This document shows positions 14,161-29,009 of a stretch of 64,000 bases of DNA, piece after piece. The notes under the pieces were generated by a model. It was not told the origin of the DNA. It ran no database searches and saw only the letters and a list, made by a program, of their open reading frames with translations. Where the stretch lies: the NCBI GenBank assembly GCA_951406725.2, contig OX597835.1, positions 8,928,001 to 8,992,000 on the forward strand. The letters are read 5' to 3'. This stretch comes from Octopus vulgaris. Taxonomy: Eukaryota. Made by a program: the position numbers and the translations under genes. Position 1 is the stretch's first letter. Each line of letters opens with the position of its first letter.

Positions 14161-15634
14161 AGATATGAATGATTATTGAACTTTGTCAGAAATAGCAACG
14201 GCTGTATAACTGGCCTTAACACCTACTAAATAAATATCTTAGTTTTACAGTGTACATTGGCCAGTATATTTTGTCTTCGGTTTTATTAACTTTTAAAAGT
14301 TGTGATTTATTTTTGCTGCATTGTAAATAGCCATTTTTCATAGTTTTAGTTTATAAAATAAATGATGTTTGTACTTCTGTGAAAGAAAATGGTGATTAGG
14401 TAACATTTATGCGAATGTTTTACTCATATGATCAGCATCTGTCTCAAATGTTTATTTGAAGATAATGTTATTGTAAAGGAATATTGTGTCTTGCAATAAA
14501 TATAAAACCCAATGTTGTGAAATGTACAACAGAAGGAACATTGGTGGAACAGTTAAGCAAAACCTGTGACGAATTCAAATACAGACGGCATGAAACCTTC
14601 TTTCGACCAAATATGAAAAAGCGCATTCAAGGCGACGAGCTTCCTTACAAATACAAACATTTTAGGTGAAAATCCCTAAGAATGTATGTAGTTTTTGAAC
14701 AGCAATATCTAATTACGGAGAAACTTATTACAAATTTACATATGTGTACTTATTTAATTACATTTGTACCTGTGTTCCTTAATGTTACAAAAAGATATAT
14801 CTTTCAAGGAAAGATATGACCAGCTAATGCACAATTTACAAATACAAACTTAAAGGAAAACAGTAACAATAAACAACATGTTTCGTTTTTGTTGTCCAAA
14901 TTCCAAGATGTATCATAGTTTATTGTTTGTTTACACAATACATCTGCTATAGGAAGAGTTCAAATATCTGAAAAAGAAAGAATGCATGCTCATACAGTAT
15001 CACACACACACAGTCCACACATCTAAACGCACATACACACGCACATACACACAAACACAAATACACGCACACAAACAAGCATAAATGATGTGTAAAATAG
15101 GTTTCATTGCTCCAAAGATTTATGCCCGTATATTTAATCTTGTTTTCTCGAGATATGACAAACCTATATCAAAATTAAACAGTTGTAACGTTTCCATTTG
15201 AAGCCCTTTCGTAATCGTGTAGTACCGCTAAAAAAAGAAAGCGTAAAATAGACAAAAAAAAGTGAAAGGGAGAGATTGTGAGATTGAGAGAGAGGCAGAA
15301 CTTCAAAAAGTATATATGCATACCTCTGAATGTAGAAGAATTTACTGTAAATTTGTGGCAGAGAGATAAAAGTAGAGTAGCATAGAAAACTGTTTTTCCC
15401 ATAAATTATATTTTCCAACTGATCCCCTATTCACGAGTCCCTGTAGCAATCCATGTATGATGTGTAGCATTTGTTTATCTGCTTTGTGCACAGAAATATT
15501 TTATTTTAAGAAACCGTACACATTCCATAGTTTAATTTTATGGAACACAGCACGTCAATCTCTTTTATGTGCAAGAAGTGCCACGGGAAAATGCATCCAC
15601 TTATGGAATATATGTAACTGAGTGTGCGGGTGTA

Positions 15635-15839
<205 letters not shown>

Positions 15840-17089
15840 TAGATACATATATCTACATGTACTCATATATATTCATATATATGAATGTAATATGTATATA
15901 TATATATATATGTGTGTTTGTGTGCGTGTGTGTGTTTGTATAAAACATATGAAATACTAAAGCCATACACATACACATATATACGTACATATGTATATAT
16001 GCATAAGTGTGAGTGTGCTTTTGTGTGTGATTCTGTGTCTTTGTGAGGAGAGCTACTAGAGCAAGGAAGGATGGCTGAGTCAAATGGAGACAAAAAGAAC
16101 CAATACACATCTTTAACACTCCAATATCACTCTGCAACAACAAATATAATCGCCATTTTCCCCATCAGAGTTTTCAATTATGTTCATATTTGCTTGTAAA
16201 ACAGCCATAATTTCAATCGTCTTGGCATGTTGTAAAATCTATATATTACTTGCAGCTGTTAGTGAATAATACGTTTTTATTGTTGGCAGATTTATATATC
16301 GTAGAGAGCTAAGCAGAATCCTTTGAGCAACAGGATGATTGCAGTAAACCAAAGTAAATGAAATTACTCGCGTGTGTTTTTGAAATTCATTTAGTATTCG
16401 CGTTGAACGTTGGATCTTTTATACATCACAAAAGGACAGGTAAATGAATCATATTCCATTTCTCAGCTGCTCAGAGGTTGTTCTGGAATGATGTACATGT
16501 GTAGAAAATCTTCTCACAGCACTCTACAATAAAATATATGTTTGCCTATAAGGAGGAACTGACTTCCTGTATAGTATATATCAATGCCATGCACTATATT
16601 ATATATTAATGTCATTTACACGACCGAACTTTTTGTTAAATTTTATCAAAGAATTTTTGTTTCTTTTTGTTCTACATGATTCTCTGCACACAAGGAAGAC
16701 TAGAAGAATCCGTTATGTAACTACAGTTCTCATTTCAGATATGGCCATAACTAGAAGCCAGATACGCTGATTACCAAATGAAATGAATGCAAAGGCTAGA
16801 TTGGTCTACCTAATAATACATCCATACACTGTTATGTTTTCGCTCCGCTTAGTCGTCGGTTTACCCAGGTGAGACGCAGTTCATTTCAAATCCTAAGCGT
16901 CGTTACGTGGTTTATATTTCAGAAAAATAACATATGGGACTTCATTATCTAAGACATCCTCCATCTGTAATGAAATGTTTAGGATTTGAAAGGAGATCTT
17001 GGTTCTATACTCATCAGGACTTAGGAATATGAGAATATGTTTGCATCGTCTGTATCCGTTCTTGTTGTGGATGGAGACACGTACTTTTG

Positions 17090-17574
17090 GAACTAGTCTT
17101 CAAAGGATAATATCGAGAGGTACAATAGGGGAGAATACCCAAAAGTAGAGAAGCGCATGAGAATGTACTTCCACAATGAGGGAAAAGGTTATAAAACCAG
17201 GCCTACAAGTAAAGTATACGAGATAGACGAAAGATGGAAGGGATACTGGGAGGTGGCCACGGACTTGGAAAGACAAGTAATATTCCCACTAATAAAAACA
17301 ACAAAAAGACCGGATTTAGTTCTTTGGAACAGAGACTGGGAGAATGGGAATTTTACTAGAACTGACAGTACCTTGGGAAGAGAACATCAGCAATGCAGAG
17401 GAACGAAAGGAGAAGAGGTATGAAATGCTAATCGAAGAATGTAGAGAACAGGGATGGAATGTCGAATATTATCACCTGGCAGTGGGGACTAGAAGCTTCA
17501 TTGAAAAGAAAATGACAACGCTTTTCAAAAGAAGATTTGTTTTTTCTAGCCCCGAGCTGCGTAAACAAATATAG
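17090..17574 (+). mobile_element. HERO-like RLE-type non-LTR retrotransposon, C-terminal endonuclease fragment (frameshifted)
   Basis: ORFs 17157 and 17344 together read WEVATDL..IFP..TTKRPDLVLWN / ILLELTVPWEEN..AEERKEKRY..L..EC..QGW..LAVGTRSF, the PD..E..K nuclease pattern of HERO/NeSL-group elements. Confidence 0.85.
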
Positions 17575-18638
17575 TTACGAAATTAGTTTCTTCACTTTCA
17601 CTTTAAATAATATAAGTGACCGAAGTATAGTCAGCAGTAACATTAAGACGGATTTTGTTCGGAATTATATTGGAGCAATAATTCATATAATGTGCCGGGT
17701 GGCCAAACATCCATAAACAGGCTCAACCAGGATTCGGCGACGAAATTCAGTGATATGCCCAACTAAAAGTATTTTTCGTATTTGTGTATGTATGTGTGTG
17801 TCTTCGTGTGTGTATGCGTGTGGGTGTGCGTGTGCATGTGTTTGTGTCTGTTTACGTGTGTGTGTTGTGCTGTGTTTTGTTGTGTGTGTTGTGCTGTGTT
17901 TTGTTGTTTGTGTGTAAACTCATGACAAACTTTAACTAAGTTTCCACCTACGAATTCATTCCCGTGATACTGTATTCGTCAAGAAAATATTCCGATAGAA
18001 ACCATTTGTTTATCGCATCGTTTCCCTTAAATGAAAGTAATCGAGTTTATTCCATTGTTATTCTCACTTACAATTATTTAACTTCGTATTTAGAATTATA
18101 TCTCAGAATCATCTCTTGAAATTCAGCTGTCTTCTCTGTGTTGACAACGAATTTATAAATATTTCGATTATACAAATGTTTTATAATGTTTTACCGTGTG
18201 TTTATATTTCCGATGGGTGTCGCCTTTCAATGAATATGAATATAAAATTGGTTCATATTTCAAAATTTACTAAGTATGTATAGGAGTGTAATAAGATCTT
18301 TTGCCATGATAAATATCTCGTTAAATATATATTCCATCACAGCTAATTGCACTAAGTGTCATAACCCTCCAGTAATATTACTTAATTCATAGATTTCTGC
18401 AAATTGCTTTTCCAGATACACAGGCAGCTTTGATTATCTATAATATATTATCAATGTTATTGCATCATAATCATAAAATGTACGGTAATTGCAGTTGGGC
18501 CAAGATTAGCTTTATTTCATATAGTTTCAAATATGAATTCTATAACATAGCATTTCAATTTATCTTGAAGGCATCGACATTATGGCGACAGGATTATTTC
18601 TGTTTCGCAACCAATATTACTGTTGTTATTAAGATGGT

Positions 18639-18827
18639 AAGGTGGCAGAATCGTGAGTTCATTGGACAAAATGCTTAGCAGCAGTTCTTCTGTCCTTTAG
18701 GATTTGAGTTCAAATTCTGCCGATATCGACCTTGCCTTTCTTCCCTTTGGGGGTCGCTAAAATAAGATCCCATTGAGCACTAAGGTTGATGTAATCGACT
18801 AACCCTTTCCCTAAAATTTCTGGCCTT
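18639..18827 (+). mobile_element. SINE family C, diverged (tail type 2)
   Basis: TGAGTTCAAATTCTGCCGATATCGACCTTGCCTTTCTTCCCTTTGGGGGTCG core. Confidence 0.7.
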
Positions 18828-19078
18828 GCAGCAAGCTGGCAGAGTCATTGCCTTGCCAGCTGAAATGCTGGACGGTATTTCGACTGTCGTTAAGTTCTGA
18901 GTTCAAATTCCGCTGAGATCGACTTTGCCTTTCATCACTTCGGGGTCGATGAAATATGTACCAATTGAGCACTGGGGTCGATGAAATATGTACCAATTGA
19001 GCACTGGGGTCGATGTGATCGACTACCCCCCTCCCCAAATTTCAGGCCTTGTGCATATAGTAGAAAGAATTATTATTG
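18828..19078 (+). mobile_element. SINE family C (tail type 2) with internal 32 bp tandem duplication
   Basis: Family C core; GGGGTCGATGAAATATGTACCAATTGAGCACT twice (18942-19005); tail CAGGCCTTGTGCATATAGTAGAAAGAATTATT. Confidence 0.8.
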
Positions 19079-19099
19079 CTATTTTCATATACACTTTGT

Positions 19100-19560
19100 C
19101 TCGACAGCTGTTTCTTGTGTGTGGAGTTACTCGTCCCGCTAGTTTTCAATCTACTGGTTCTGCTTCCTTTTCTTCGTGCTCAGCGTAGTTATGTTCAAAT
19201 TTGCTTACTAGTTTGGAGACTTCTTCAAATTCCAACTGGGATAACGACTATCTTTGTACCATCTGGTCTAGAAGTCTTTGCTTCGTAAAAGGAAACACGT
19301 CTTTCTCTTTCTGCCAAAAATTTCCTATATCCTATTTCGGTAGGCCCTCATCTATAGTAGCATTCCATTACGGTTTTGTCTTGAGTCCATTTATTCCTGA
19401 TATTAGTAACAGTATTTACATGCCACCCGTTCCACTTGCTGTGCAGTGTGACACTTGCTGTGCGATATTCCCATCACCCAGGTTTCAGGTTTCATATAGG
19501 CAATTGTAATCATTTTCTTTTGGCACTACTTTCATGCAGGGGAATGTAGTGACGAGATGA
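19100..19560 (-). mobile_element. Decayed N-terminal fragment of an R4/Dong-like non-LTR element
   Basis: Minus translation across frameshifts: RNKWTQD..TVMECYYR..EIGYRK..FPFTKQRLLDQ..LSQLEFEEV, the N-terminal pattern of R4/Dong ORFs. Confidence 0.7.
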
Positions 19561-19589
19561 CAGTATTTTTTTGTTATCGAAATACAGTC

Positions 19590-20100
19590 TGTAGACAGTC
19601 GCCTATTCAGGCTGAAGAAATCCTCCTCGAATGGTGACATTGTCCGCCGTTTTGTTTTTTTCAGGGATTCATAGAAGAGTTGCTATACCAATCGGTAATG
19701 GTGGCAGCGCTACTTGTATTGTAAGTATCGTAAATATTATTTTTACATCCAAGATTGTGGACGAAGTAGAAAGAAAAATACCCTCGTCACAGAGCAGAAT
19801 CAGTGGGGATGCCGTTTTAGTTGCCGATGGTCCGACTTTGTGGCCGCTGACCAGAATTCACTCATTGAGGTGTGATATGATTTCATTCCTCCCATCATGG
19901 TGGTGGCTGAGAAGTGATGTACTGAAAATGAACAGGGATGCAGGAATGAAAAACGAGCGAGAAACGAGGAGGAGAGTGTATACGTTTCACTGACTCGCTC
20001 CGTTTTCTGGATCACAATTGTGCTGCCCCCTTCTTTGCCTGTTGTATTGTTAATGCAACGGGTTCTGCCCAAGTACCTGTCTAAGAAGTGGCCAAACCTA
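19590..20100 (-). mobile_element. Possible highly decayed Gypsy-like integrase region
   Basis: Minus translation FIPASL..LLSHHHDGR..ISHLNE*ILVSG and later PLILL..LQP, resembling the integrase H2C2 and GPY/F regions; heavily degraded. Confidence 0.4.
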
Positions 20101-21109
20101 CCCATTTATAGAAGTAAATAATCGACAGTGTTGCACCGATGCAAAACTTCCCAATATACACTGTACTTTTATTACGCCCTGGACTAGTGTCGGACAATAT
20201 TAGAAACCATATTCTAAAAAGCTTTTTTCAGGTTTAGCTTTGGTAATGGCTGTGAGAAATGTCAGTCAAGATTCTGTGCACTCTACTCTTAACATATTAG
20301 TATATATCCCAAGACGACTCATAAATAATTAAGCAAAGATTACTGTGATACGATTTGATCCTCAATTACGCGGCCTTCATGAAAAATTCATAACTTCGCG
20401 TCCCTATTTGCCTCAACGAATGTAAGATAATTATTCCTGAGTTTGCGGCAAAGTTGGTCGTGTTGTGATCAAAGTAAGGAAATATTTCTATACGTATCAA
20501 CATTGCCCATATTTTCAGTATTGTATGTTTAGCTGCCACGTTAGCATCGTGGAGATGGAAGCTGAAGCCAGAAACATATATATCTTGAAATAAGCAGGTG
20601 CAAATAAATGTGATCATTAACCAACTTCAATTCAATTTCCCCTAACTGAAAACGATTTGACTTAAATATTAATCACTGGCAAATTTCATACCACGTATGT
20701 GTATATTGAGACAGAGTAGTACTTGTAATACTTTTGCAATCAGAATTGACTTTGTTGTCGGCATTCGCTTAAACAAGTGCGCTGCTGTTGGGAAACAAAT
20801 TACTTCTGGAAGTACCAAAAATAACAGATAACAAAAGATAAAACTAATACTAAAATAAGAATAGTGTATTTATTATTCTTAATGTCATTTCTGATCTTCA
20901 TATTGAACAGTGGATACTATCAAATCATTAACAAAACTTTTATGAAATGGATTTATGGCATTAACTGTTTAAATGCAATAAATATCAAGATGTCACATTT
21001 TCATGAGTCGGCAGATGCAGGTAGATCGTTTTAGAATTTAATGTATTAAACAATATACAGCTTGATAAATCCAAATAAACAGTGACGTATATCTATCTAT
21101 CTATCGATA

Positions 21110-21612
<503 letters not shown>

Positions 21613-21695
21613 TTCATATAACAGCTATTCGATGGTTCAAACCGAACGAAATGCATGTTAACTAGTATAGTATAGATAGATACATATATGTATGT

Positions 21696-21730
<35 letters not shown>

Positions 21731-21782
21731 CAGAGAGTGAGAGAGAGACATACGTAGATATATATGCATCGGTTTGAAGTTT

Positions 21783-21980
21783 TGGCACAAGGCCAGCAAT
21801 TTCAGGGTAGACGTTAATGGAATACATCAATCCCACTGCTCAACAGGTAATTATTTTGTCGACGCCGAAATAACGAAAGTTAATGTCGACCTTCGTAACA
21901 TTTGAATTCAGAAAAAATATAGACGGACGAAATGCCGCTAAGCATTTATTCCGGCGTGCTAATGATTTTGCCACCTCGTT
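21783..21980 (-). mobile_element. SINE family C, diverged (tail type 2)
   Basis: TGGCACAAGGCCAGCAATTT tail and GACGAAATGCCGCTAAGCATTT..CCGGCGTGCTAA head in reverse. Confidence 0.65.
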
Positions 21981-22787
21981 GTCTCAAGCGGTAGATATGT
22001 GTTAATAAATAAGATGTAAGAGGCATTACAAATACGAATATGAAAATTTGCATTAATTCAATTTATATCGATTAATATGTGGGATTTATTATTAATCTAA
22101 GTAAGTTTAGAAATAGAAGAGATGAAGTCGGACTTGCACGGAAGATATATGAGAATTAATTGCATTTTAGTCTTATATTAAAATATAGGAATAAACTTTA
22201 CCTGTATTACTTTAGATTTTCAAAAGTTGTACCACGAATGATGTCTGTATTAACCGTTGTTATAAAAATAGTTTGTTTTCAAAGTATTGATGTGTCTCTG
22301 AACGCTCTCCGCTAACGTGCAAATTGATTTATCAACGTTTATGCATGAGGCTCATTGAATGTGCCATATGATAGGTACAACCTGAGATGTGGACCAGTGA
22401 TATAGTAATTGTTTACATAAAATGCTGCAGATAGTGTTTATTCTGTCGAAGAATAATGTTACTAGATAGTGCTAGTCGCCACACATTTTAATGCATGTCC
22501 CTCCTTCCTAAACATGTTGTGGAGTAAGCAAGATAACGAGGTGTGGGGTAAAGGAGACGGATGATAGTTGCTACATGAATTTTGGTTTTCTTTAGAACGA
22601 GCCTAGTAGACATTTTACAAAAACAAAAAGGGAATTGTGATGTTCTTTTATAGACTGCCCAGCAGATGCTACTTGTTGATAGGGAAATTCCAATGAAGAA
22701 TATTTTGATCTATGTTAGAAACCGGATATTTCCCTATTGGCAAGAAATCTTGAAATAAAACTCAATAATGACATGCATTCATACATA

Positions 22788-23129
22788 GTGGTGAGTGGTG
22801 ACCCCCTTCGGTCAGACACTGACCATGGGTTTGCACCTAGAGAGTTACCCTCTGAGGCACAAGTCTGGGCAAGGTTGTTTTATGGAAGAACAGCAGTCGC
22901 CCATGCATACCGGCCTCCCCTCTCCACGTCACCGATGTTGTCCAAGGGAAAGGCAAGGGCCGATACAGCTTGGCACCAGTGGCGTCGCAACTCATTTCTA
23001 CAGCTGAGTGAACTGGAGCAACGTGAAATAAAGTGTCTTGCTCAAGAACACAACACGCAGCCCGGTCCGGGATTCGAGCTTACGACCTCACGATCGTAAG
23101 CTCGACGCTCTAACCACTGAGCCACGCGC
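22788..23129 (-). mobile_element. tRNA-derived SINE family D
   Basis: Minus head GCGTGGCTCAGTGGTTAGAGCG..CTCGAATCCC; core TTGAGCAAGACACTTTATTTCACGTTGCTCCAG; TSD GCATTCATACATA. Confidence 0.88.
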
Positions 23130-23319
23130 ATTCATACATACATACAAACATATACGTATATATACATATACATATACATCTTTACTTTCAAGACAAACTT
23201 TTTTTAAAAAACGGCTACAATGGTAATAATTTGCGACACAACGTACTATGCTATACACTTTTTAAAATCCCATGTGAAACGCTAAAACATATCGCTATAT
23301 TTCAAAAGCATTAACATTC

Positions 23320-24960
23320 GATTTAATTCTAAGATACTCCCTTATGCATCTTCGACTTCATTTCTTCTATTCCACCACTTGCTTGGATTAATAATATGGG
23401 CGATTTGGCTACCATGCACGGAATTTGTCTTGTCTTGGGAACACATATTTGTTGAGGATAAATATTTAATCCCATTCTCTAATTCCATTTAGTTTATCCA
23501 ATGTAGTCTTGCCTTGCATTCGCTGCATTTGATGACATGTATTAAATATTTGAAGATGGGTTTTCAGAAGAGTTTTTTTTGTTTCGCAGTAAGAACTAGT
23601 CCCGATTGAAATGAATAATTTACCTCCTAAATAATATTCTCACACTTTCGAGAATTGGATCAGCCACATTTTTTAACAGTTGAAGTTCATTGCGTAGTTG
23701 GTAGCTTCGCATTGGTAGGTAGATTTTTATGTACTTCTGTTCCCTTTTTTGCTTTTGGCTATATTGGATAATTCAAATGACTTTTTCATTGTTGGGTCTT
23801 GACTCCATAACGAAATTTTTCGAGGTGTTTTTGTTTATTGCGTTCTCTCTTGTAATTAAATATAGTGTTTTGCGTGTTTCTGAACTGTTTTTTGGCTTTT
23901 CGTGATACTTCGATGTTTATTGCTTTGCTGCTTTCTATTCTATTTTCCATTAGAGTAAACGAGTACATTCTTTCAAGTAGTGCGTTTTTTTTTAATTTAA
24001 GGAATCTTTCATTCTGAATATTCGGATAGGAGACCTATTTTCAGATTCTCTTAACTGAGTTAAAAGGAATATTGCATTTGGTATATTTTCGGTGGCACTA
24101 AAAAAAATAGGAGGCGATGTTTAGAGACCGCTGGTTTGTAGTAGATGTCAGTTTCTGTATTCTATGAGATTTTAATAATCAAAATGTCTAAGAAGAGTTG
24201 TTGATGATGGTTAAATTCCAAGGTGAACAGGATACTGCTATTGACGCTTTTGGGTAAGGATTTGAAATAATTAAGTTCATGTTGGTTGTACATCTGCGGA
24301 AAAAAGGCTGTCATTTAAGTATTATTTCCAAATGTTCACCAGATGGTTCCGGGTTCAGTCCCACTGCGTGGCATCTTGGGCAAGTGTCTTCTGCTATAGC
24401 CCCGGGCCGACCAATGCCTTGTGAGTGGATTTGGTAGACGGAAACTGAAAGAAGCCTGTCGTATATATGTATATGTATATATATATATGTGTGTCTGTGT
24501 GTGTTTGTGTGTCTGTGTTTGTCCCCCTAGCATCGCTTGACAACCGATGCTGGTGTGTTTACGTCCCCGTCACTTAGCGGTTCGGCAAAAAAGAGACCGA
24601 TAGAATAAGTACTGGGCTTACAAAGAATAAGTCCCGGGGTCGAGTTGCTCGATTAAAGGCGGTGCTCCAGCATGGCCGCAGTCAAATGACTGAAACAAGT
24701 AAAAGAGAAAGAGAAAGAGAAAGATGATTTGGTAAGGTGATCCCGCACGTAATTTTGGCTTGCTTATATATTTTGAACCCTAAATAAGCTAGGACCAGTT
24801 GGCGCTATGTTGGCGACAAATTGTAGCTCTAGAAATCATTTGTATTGTTTTATTCTTTGAGTGTTTTAAGATGCAATGATTTATTATTTTAGGCCTCTTG
24901 TCTTTATCTTGTACCAATGAGTGCTTTGAAATCTTCTTTCTAGGCTTAAAAAATGGATTG
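23320..24960 (-). mobile_element. Decayed Penelope-like element (RT + GIY-YIG endonuclease), split by a SINE
   Basis: Minus translation: SPT..LVLAYL, ILFTLEF..LFLDILIIK..TETDIYYKP, TKCNIPF, then LIHVIKCSEC..DYIG (GIY-YIG) and QQICVPKTRQIPC; many stops. Confidence 0.85.
24338..24722 (+). mobile_element. SINE family B, 5'-truncated, nested in the Penelope-like element
   Basis: GGTTCCGGGTTCAGTCCCACTGCGTGG, internal (TA)n(TG)n, tail CCAGCATGGCCGCAGTCAAATGACTGAAACAAGTAAAAGAG. Confidence 0.92.
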
Positions 24961-26353
24961 TGACATTTTTCTTCTTCTCTTTCTAAGTCAATGTCTCAAG
25001 GTAAGAACTTGTACAAGGCAGTAAATTATCTTTCAAAGACGTTTAAAAACCGTTTATTTACGTTATGACAAACTGCATACTATATTCTTAGACATAGATG
25101 CCATAATAAATGAGAAATAAGCAAGATTAGATCCTTTGAACATATGTTTATTCGATCAGTACTTACACAAGGTTAAAGAACTACAAGGAAAGCTGAAATA
25201 GATGTATGCTAACATAGGCTTAGAGAGATCTCAAGTTGTAAATTTTTTATATGCCAATAATGTAAACGAGAAAGTGGTTAAAGAAGTGAATTTGATTGAG
25301 CAGCTTCAGACGATAACAATCTTCATAGTAAAATAGCAACATCGATAAAGCAAGAGAAGTGAAGTATCGGTAACTTAATGGAGATAAATGCCAACATATA
25401 TAAGAAAAAATATCCACTGATCTATGTATCAATCTTAGTTGCCACTAAGAAAATATAAAAGTCTAGAGTATCAAAAGCTATCTTTTAGGAAAATGTAAAC
25501 TTGATGTAAATATATGAAGAAGCAGCATCCGTAAAAATGATGGAAAATGAAAGAAAATGTCTCTCAAATCGTTTATATGTTAGTCAAAGAAAACACACAC
25601 ATAAAAACAAACAAAGAAGCAGAAAGAATATTCTAAATCAAAGAACGTTTAAGACAAAAAGCAAATTCTCAAATAGCGGCAAAGTAAATCTTGTTATGAA
25701 GAATGTCAATACTTTTTGTTTGAAATGAGGAATTGTTTTTCTTCCTAAAACGATGTTGAATGAAGCGTTGGCATCAAGGGTATATGTTTTGCGGGTGGAA
25801 GGTGTCGTTGTAGACAACAAATCAGAAGTTTAAACACAATAATATGTATCCTGGGCAGAAGGAACAACACAAGAAAATACGTACACTATAAAATAATATA
25901 CTAAAATTTGAAGAGTGGGAACTGCAGAGAGTTTGCTCGATTTATCTACGATTCAAAGACTCGGCTATAAAATTGAAGGCACAGAATTAATACCTTTCTT
26001 CACTATTTCGCATTTAACATTCAATGATTTTCTGCTAGTTCACTAAAATTTGATTATTCTTAATTGCTGATACAGATTTTTCTCCGAAACTTTGATGAGG
26101 AAGCGATGTCGTATTAAGAAAGTTGCCTTACATGTAAACTTATAACCGAGAGGGAAGATAGCAATCGCATAGAGTTGATGTGTGAGGAACATGACGTTTG
26201 ACTGGAGGTTATAGGCGGAAGCATCATTGGAGCTGACAGGTAAACGTGAGAGTTTCCAGAAATAAAATGCTTTTCTTTCTCGGTACAAAACTTTTGGAGA
26301 AAGAGAGAGCTGGAAAGAGTGATAAAGAAAGATAAAAAGATAAAGAGATAAAT

Positions 26354-26447
26354 TTGGCAGGATTTGAAATCAGAACATACAGTAGCCTAACTAAATACTG
26401 CAAGGCAATTTATTTAATGCTCTAAGGATTTTGCTAGTCCACCGCTT
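26354..26447 (-). mobile_element. SINE family C head remnant
   Basis: TGGCAGGATTTGAAATCAGAAC..GATTTTGCTAGTCCACCGC resembles the reverse of the family C head. Confidence 0.45.
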
Positions 26448-27361
26448 ATCGGTGATGACCCCCATAAATTTGCTGGCTTCTGCCATGCGGAGCTTTCGAC
26501 TGGTGGCACTTGCATGTGCAAGTTCTTTGCAAAACATTTATCGACGAACCCCTCCTCCAAAATTTCAGGTCTTGCGCCTAAAATAGAAAGGAATAATAAT
26601 AATAATAATTTACAAGTATTCGCATTAATTTACTAAAATTTATTAAAGAACAGTAAGAGGAAATGTACAAAGTAGTGTTGGGCATATGTCATATAATCTT
26701 GACATTGCGTTTGCATTCTTACAAGGAAGAGTAAATCGAAATTCAGTTACCTATGGCCACAAAACGGCTACAAACACCCACGGAAAATCAGAGTGTTTCA
26801 TAAAGACATATCTTTTCATTATCACGCCAAGAAAGGTCTTCTGGTATTTTAACTAAGAATCTTTATTTGAAACATCACTCATCCAACCAACAGCTGAGGG
26901 CAATTTCATTCAGTTTTATTGCTGGAGCCGACGAAAATGACATTTTCGATTCCTGCCGACAAAAGTCAAGTAACTACTTATTCCAAGAAAAAAAGGAAGA
27001 AACAACTGACATATTCCAAATTATGTAGTAAACAAGGCACTTGGCACAATCCCAGCTAAAACATCTCCAATTAATAAATGACTTCCAGTAAAATATAACA
27101 ATATAATTTCATTAAATATTATGACGAGTAACTCTCCCATAAAATTGTTCGAAATGGCAATGGGAAAATGTTAGGATTTGAATACAAAGGTGAAAAGGAG
27201 TAATTTTCCGAGGAAATTTTTCTGCGAAATAGCTTGAGTTCATCTCATCTATAGCCTACAGTCAGAAGATAAACTCATCTAGAGTCAGATGGTAAATTCT
27301 AACACCTTAATGTTCTTAACATTCAAATCAACCTCTCTGTCTGAATATCTACCCTCTTTAT

Positions 27362-27900
27362 AATGTTAGCATATAAGCTTCTGGGGAAGAATCAAGAGAT
27401 TGAGACTGTATTCCCTGGAGTATGGACAGGGAAGATATGCTGTAATATTAATCTGAAAGATCCTGAAAGAACTTGTCCCAAACTTTGGCATTCAGAGTTA
27501 CACTAACACTAGTACAGGGCAGAACTGCATAGCGCTAAACACTCCAAATTTGTCATGAATGTATTGGACAATGTATTGCAATGGCCTAAACCTAACCCTA
27601 TCCCTAATCTAAAGGCTCACAGCTCTTCAATATCCTCCCGAAGGACTTGAGAGACTTACATGATGTGGATGTAGATGCCTTGAAAACAAAACTAGATCTC
27701 GTACTGTCAAGGGTCCCAGATTAACCAACTTCACAGCAGGAAGTGCAAATGAGGGCAGCAGCGTCAAACTCCCTCTTGCATCAAATGTCAAGTTCTTAAA
27801 AAGAATTAGTGAAGTAAAAATTACGTAGCAACACAAAATGTCGGTGCCCCAGCATGGCCACAGCTCTTGGGCTGAAATTAGTTCAATTCAATTCACTTCA
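27362..27900 (+). mobile_element. CR1/L2-group LINE 3' fragment
   Basis: [65 protein letters not shown]; 3' UTR GGTGCCCCAGCATGGCCACAGC..CTGAAA and (TTCAA)n tail. Confidence 0.85.
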
Positions 27901-29009
27901 ATAATATAATAGTACACAAGCGCGAACATATAACATTAAATACTTATATATACGCATATGCTTGTGTGAATCTAAATATATATATGCATATGTACATGCA
28001 AGTCCCATCATACGTTCGTGCATGCATACATAAATACGGGCATACATACTTAAGTTTCTTTTTTAAACAGCCGTAAGAAATTTGCTTACTCCATAGCGAA
28101 TGTGTTAATCAGAGGTGCGAAAGATTTACTGAACTTTCCCTGTTCACACAGCAATTTCTCTTGCTGTTTGTTTGTTAAATAGTGGAAACGTGATATTTCA
28201 TTGGATCTTATCAACAACATATCTTTAATGATCGTTCAAATAGCATTATTGAATATCAAAGGTGACGAAAGAATATAAGAGTGGACATGTTCTTCAAAAT
28301 CTTTTAATAGAATTAAGAGTTTTCCTAACAAATCTACAACGGAGATCTACACATTTCTCTTAAAGTGTGCTGCATAAAAGTTTCAAAACTCTTGTGAATA
28401 GTATGCGAATCACAAAGCAAACTTTTATGGGAGAACTTTTCTCTGGGTTTCTAAACGATCAGTTATTTTGTGATTTATATAAATTTATTCCAGGGACCAG
28501 AGAATACAAATATATGCAAATAATTCGTTTTTAATGTTTGTACACGGATAAAAATGTACACGGAGAGAAAATGTGGATCGAGTTTACCTCAGAATTTGCT
28601 TAAAATTTGAATGTACCACATTGGGAGACGAAAGGCATGCTTGATTGCGATGGCATTTGGAATGAGATCGCTTAGAACAAGAAAAATATTGGTTTCTAAT
28701 TTTGGCACCAGTCCCGAAGTTCAGGAGTGGGGTTACGTCTTTTAATTCGATCCTAGTGCTTGACTGGAATTATTTTATCGAACCGAAAGAAAGAAGGGTG
28801 AAGTTGAATGAATAACATAGTTGCATTCTGGTGACTAAAACAAGTGAAAGATAATTGATAAAAGCCCTTTTTTCGTGCTCGTATGTGTGTGTGTGAACGT
28901 GTGTGCATGTATGTATAAATTACTTTTGGTGAATGTGTGCGTTTCAAGCGAGTGTGGACGAGCATATGCACATAGGTACATGTATGTGTGCGTGCGCGCA
29001 TGTGTGTGT

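Noticed and set aside
14484-14669. 61 aa ORF with protein-like composition
   Set aside because: Non-ATG start, no recognisable motif, no convincing splice pair.
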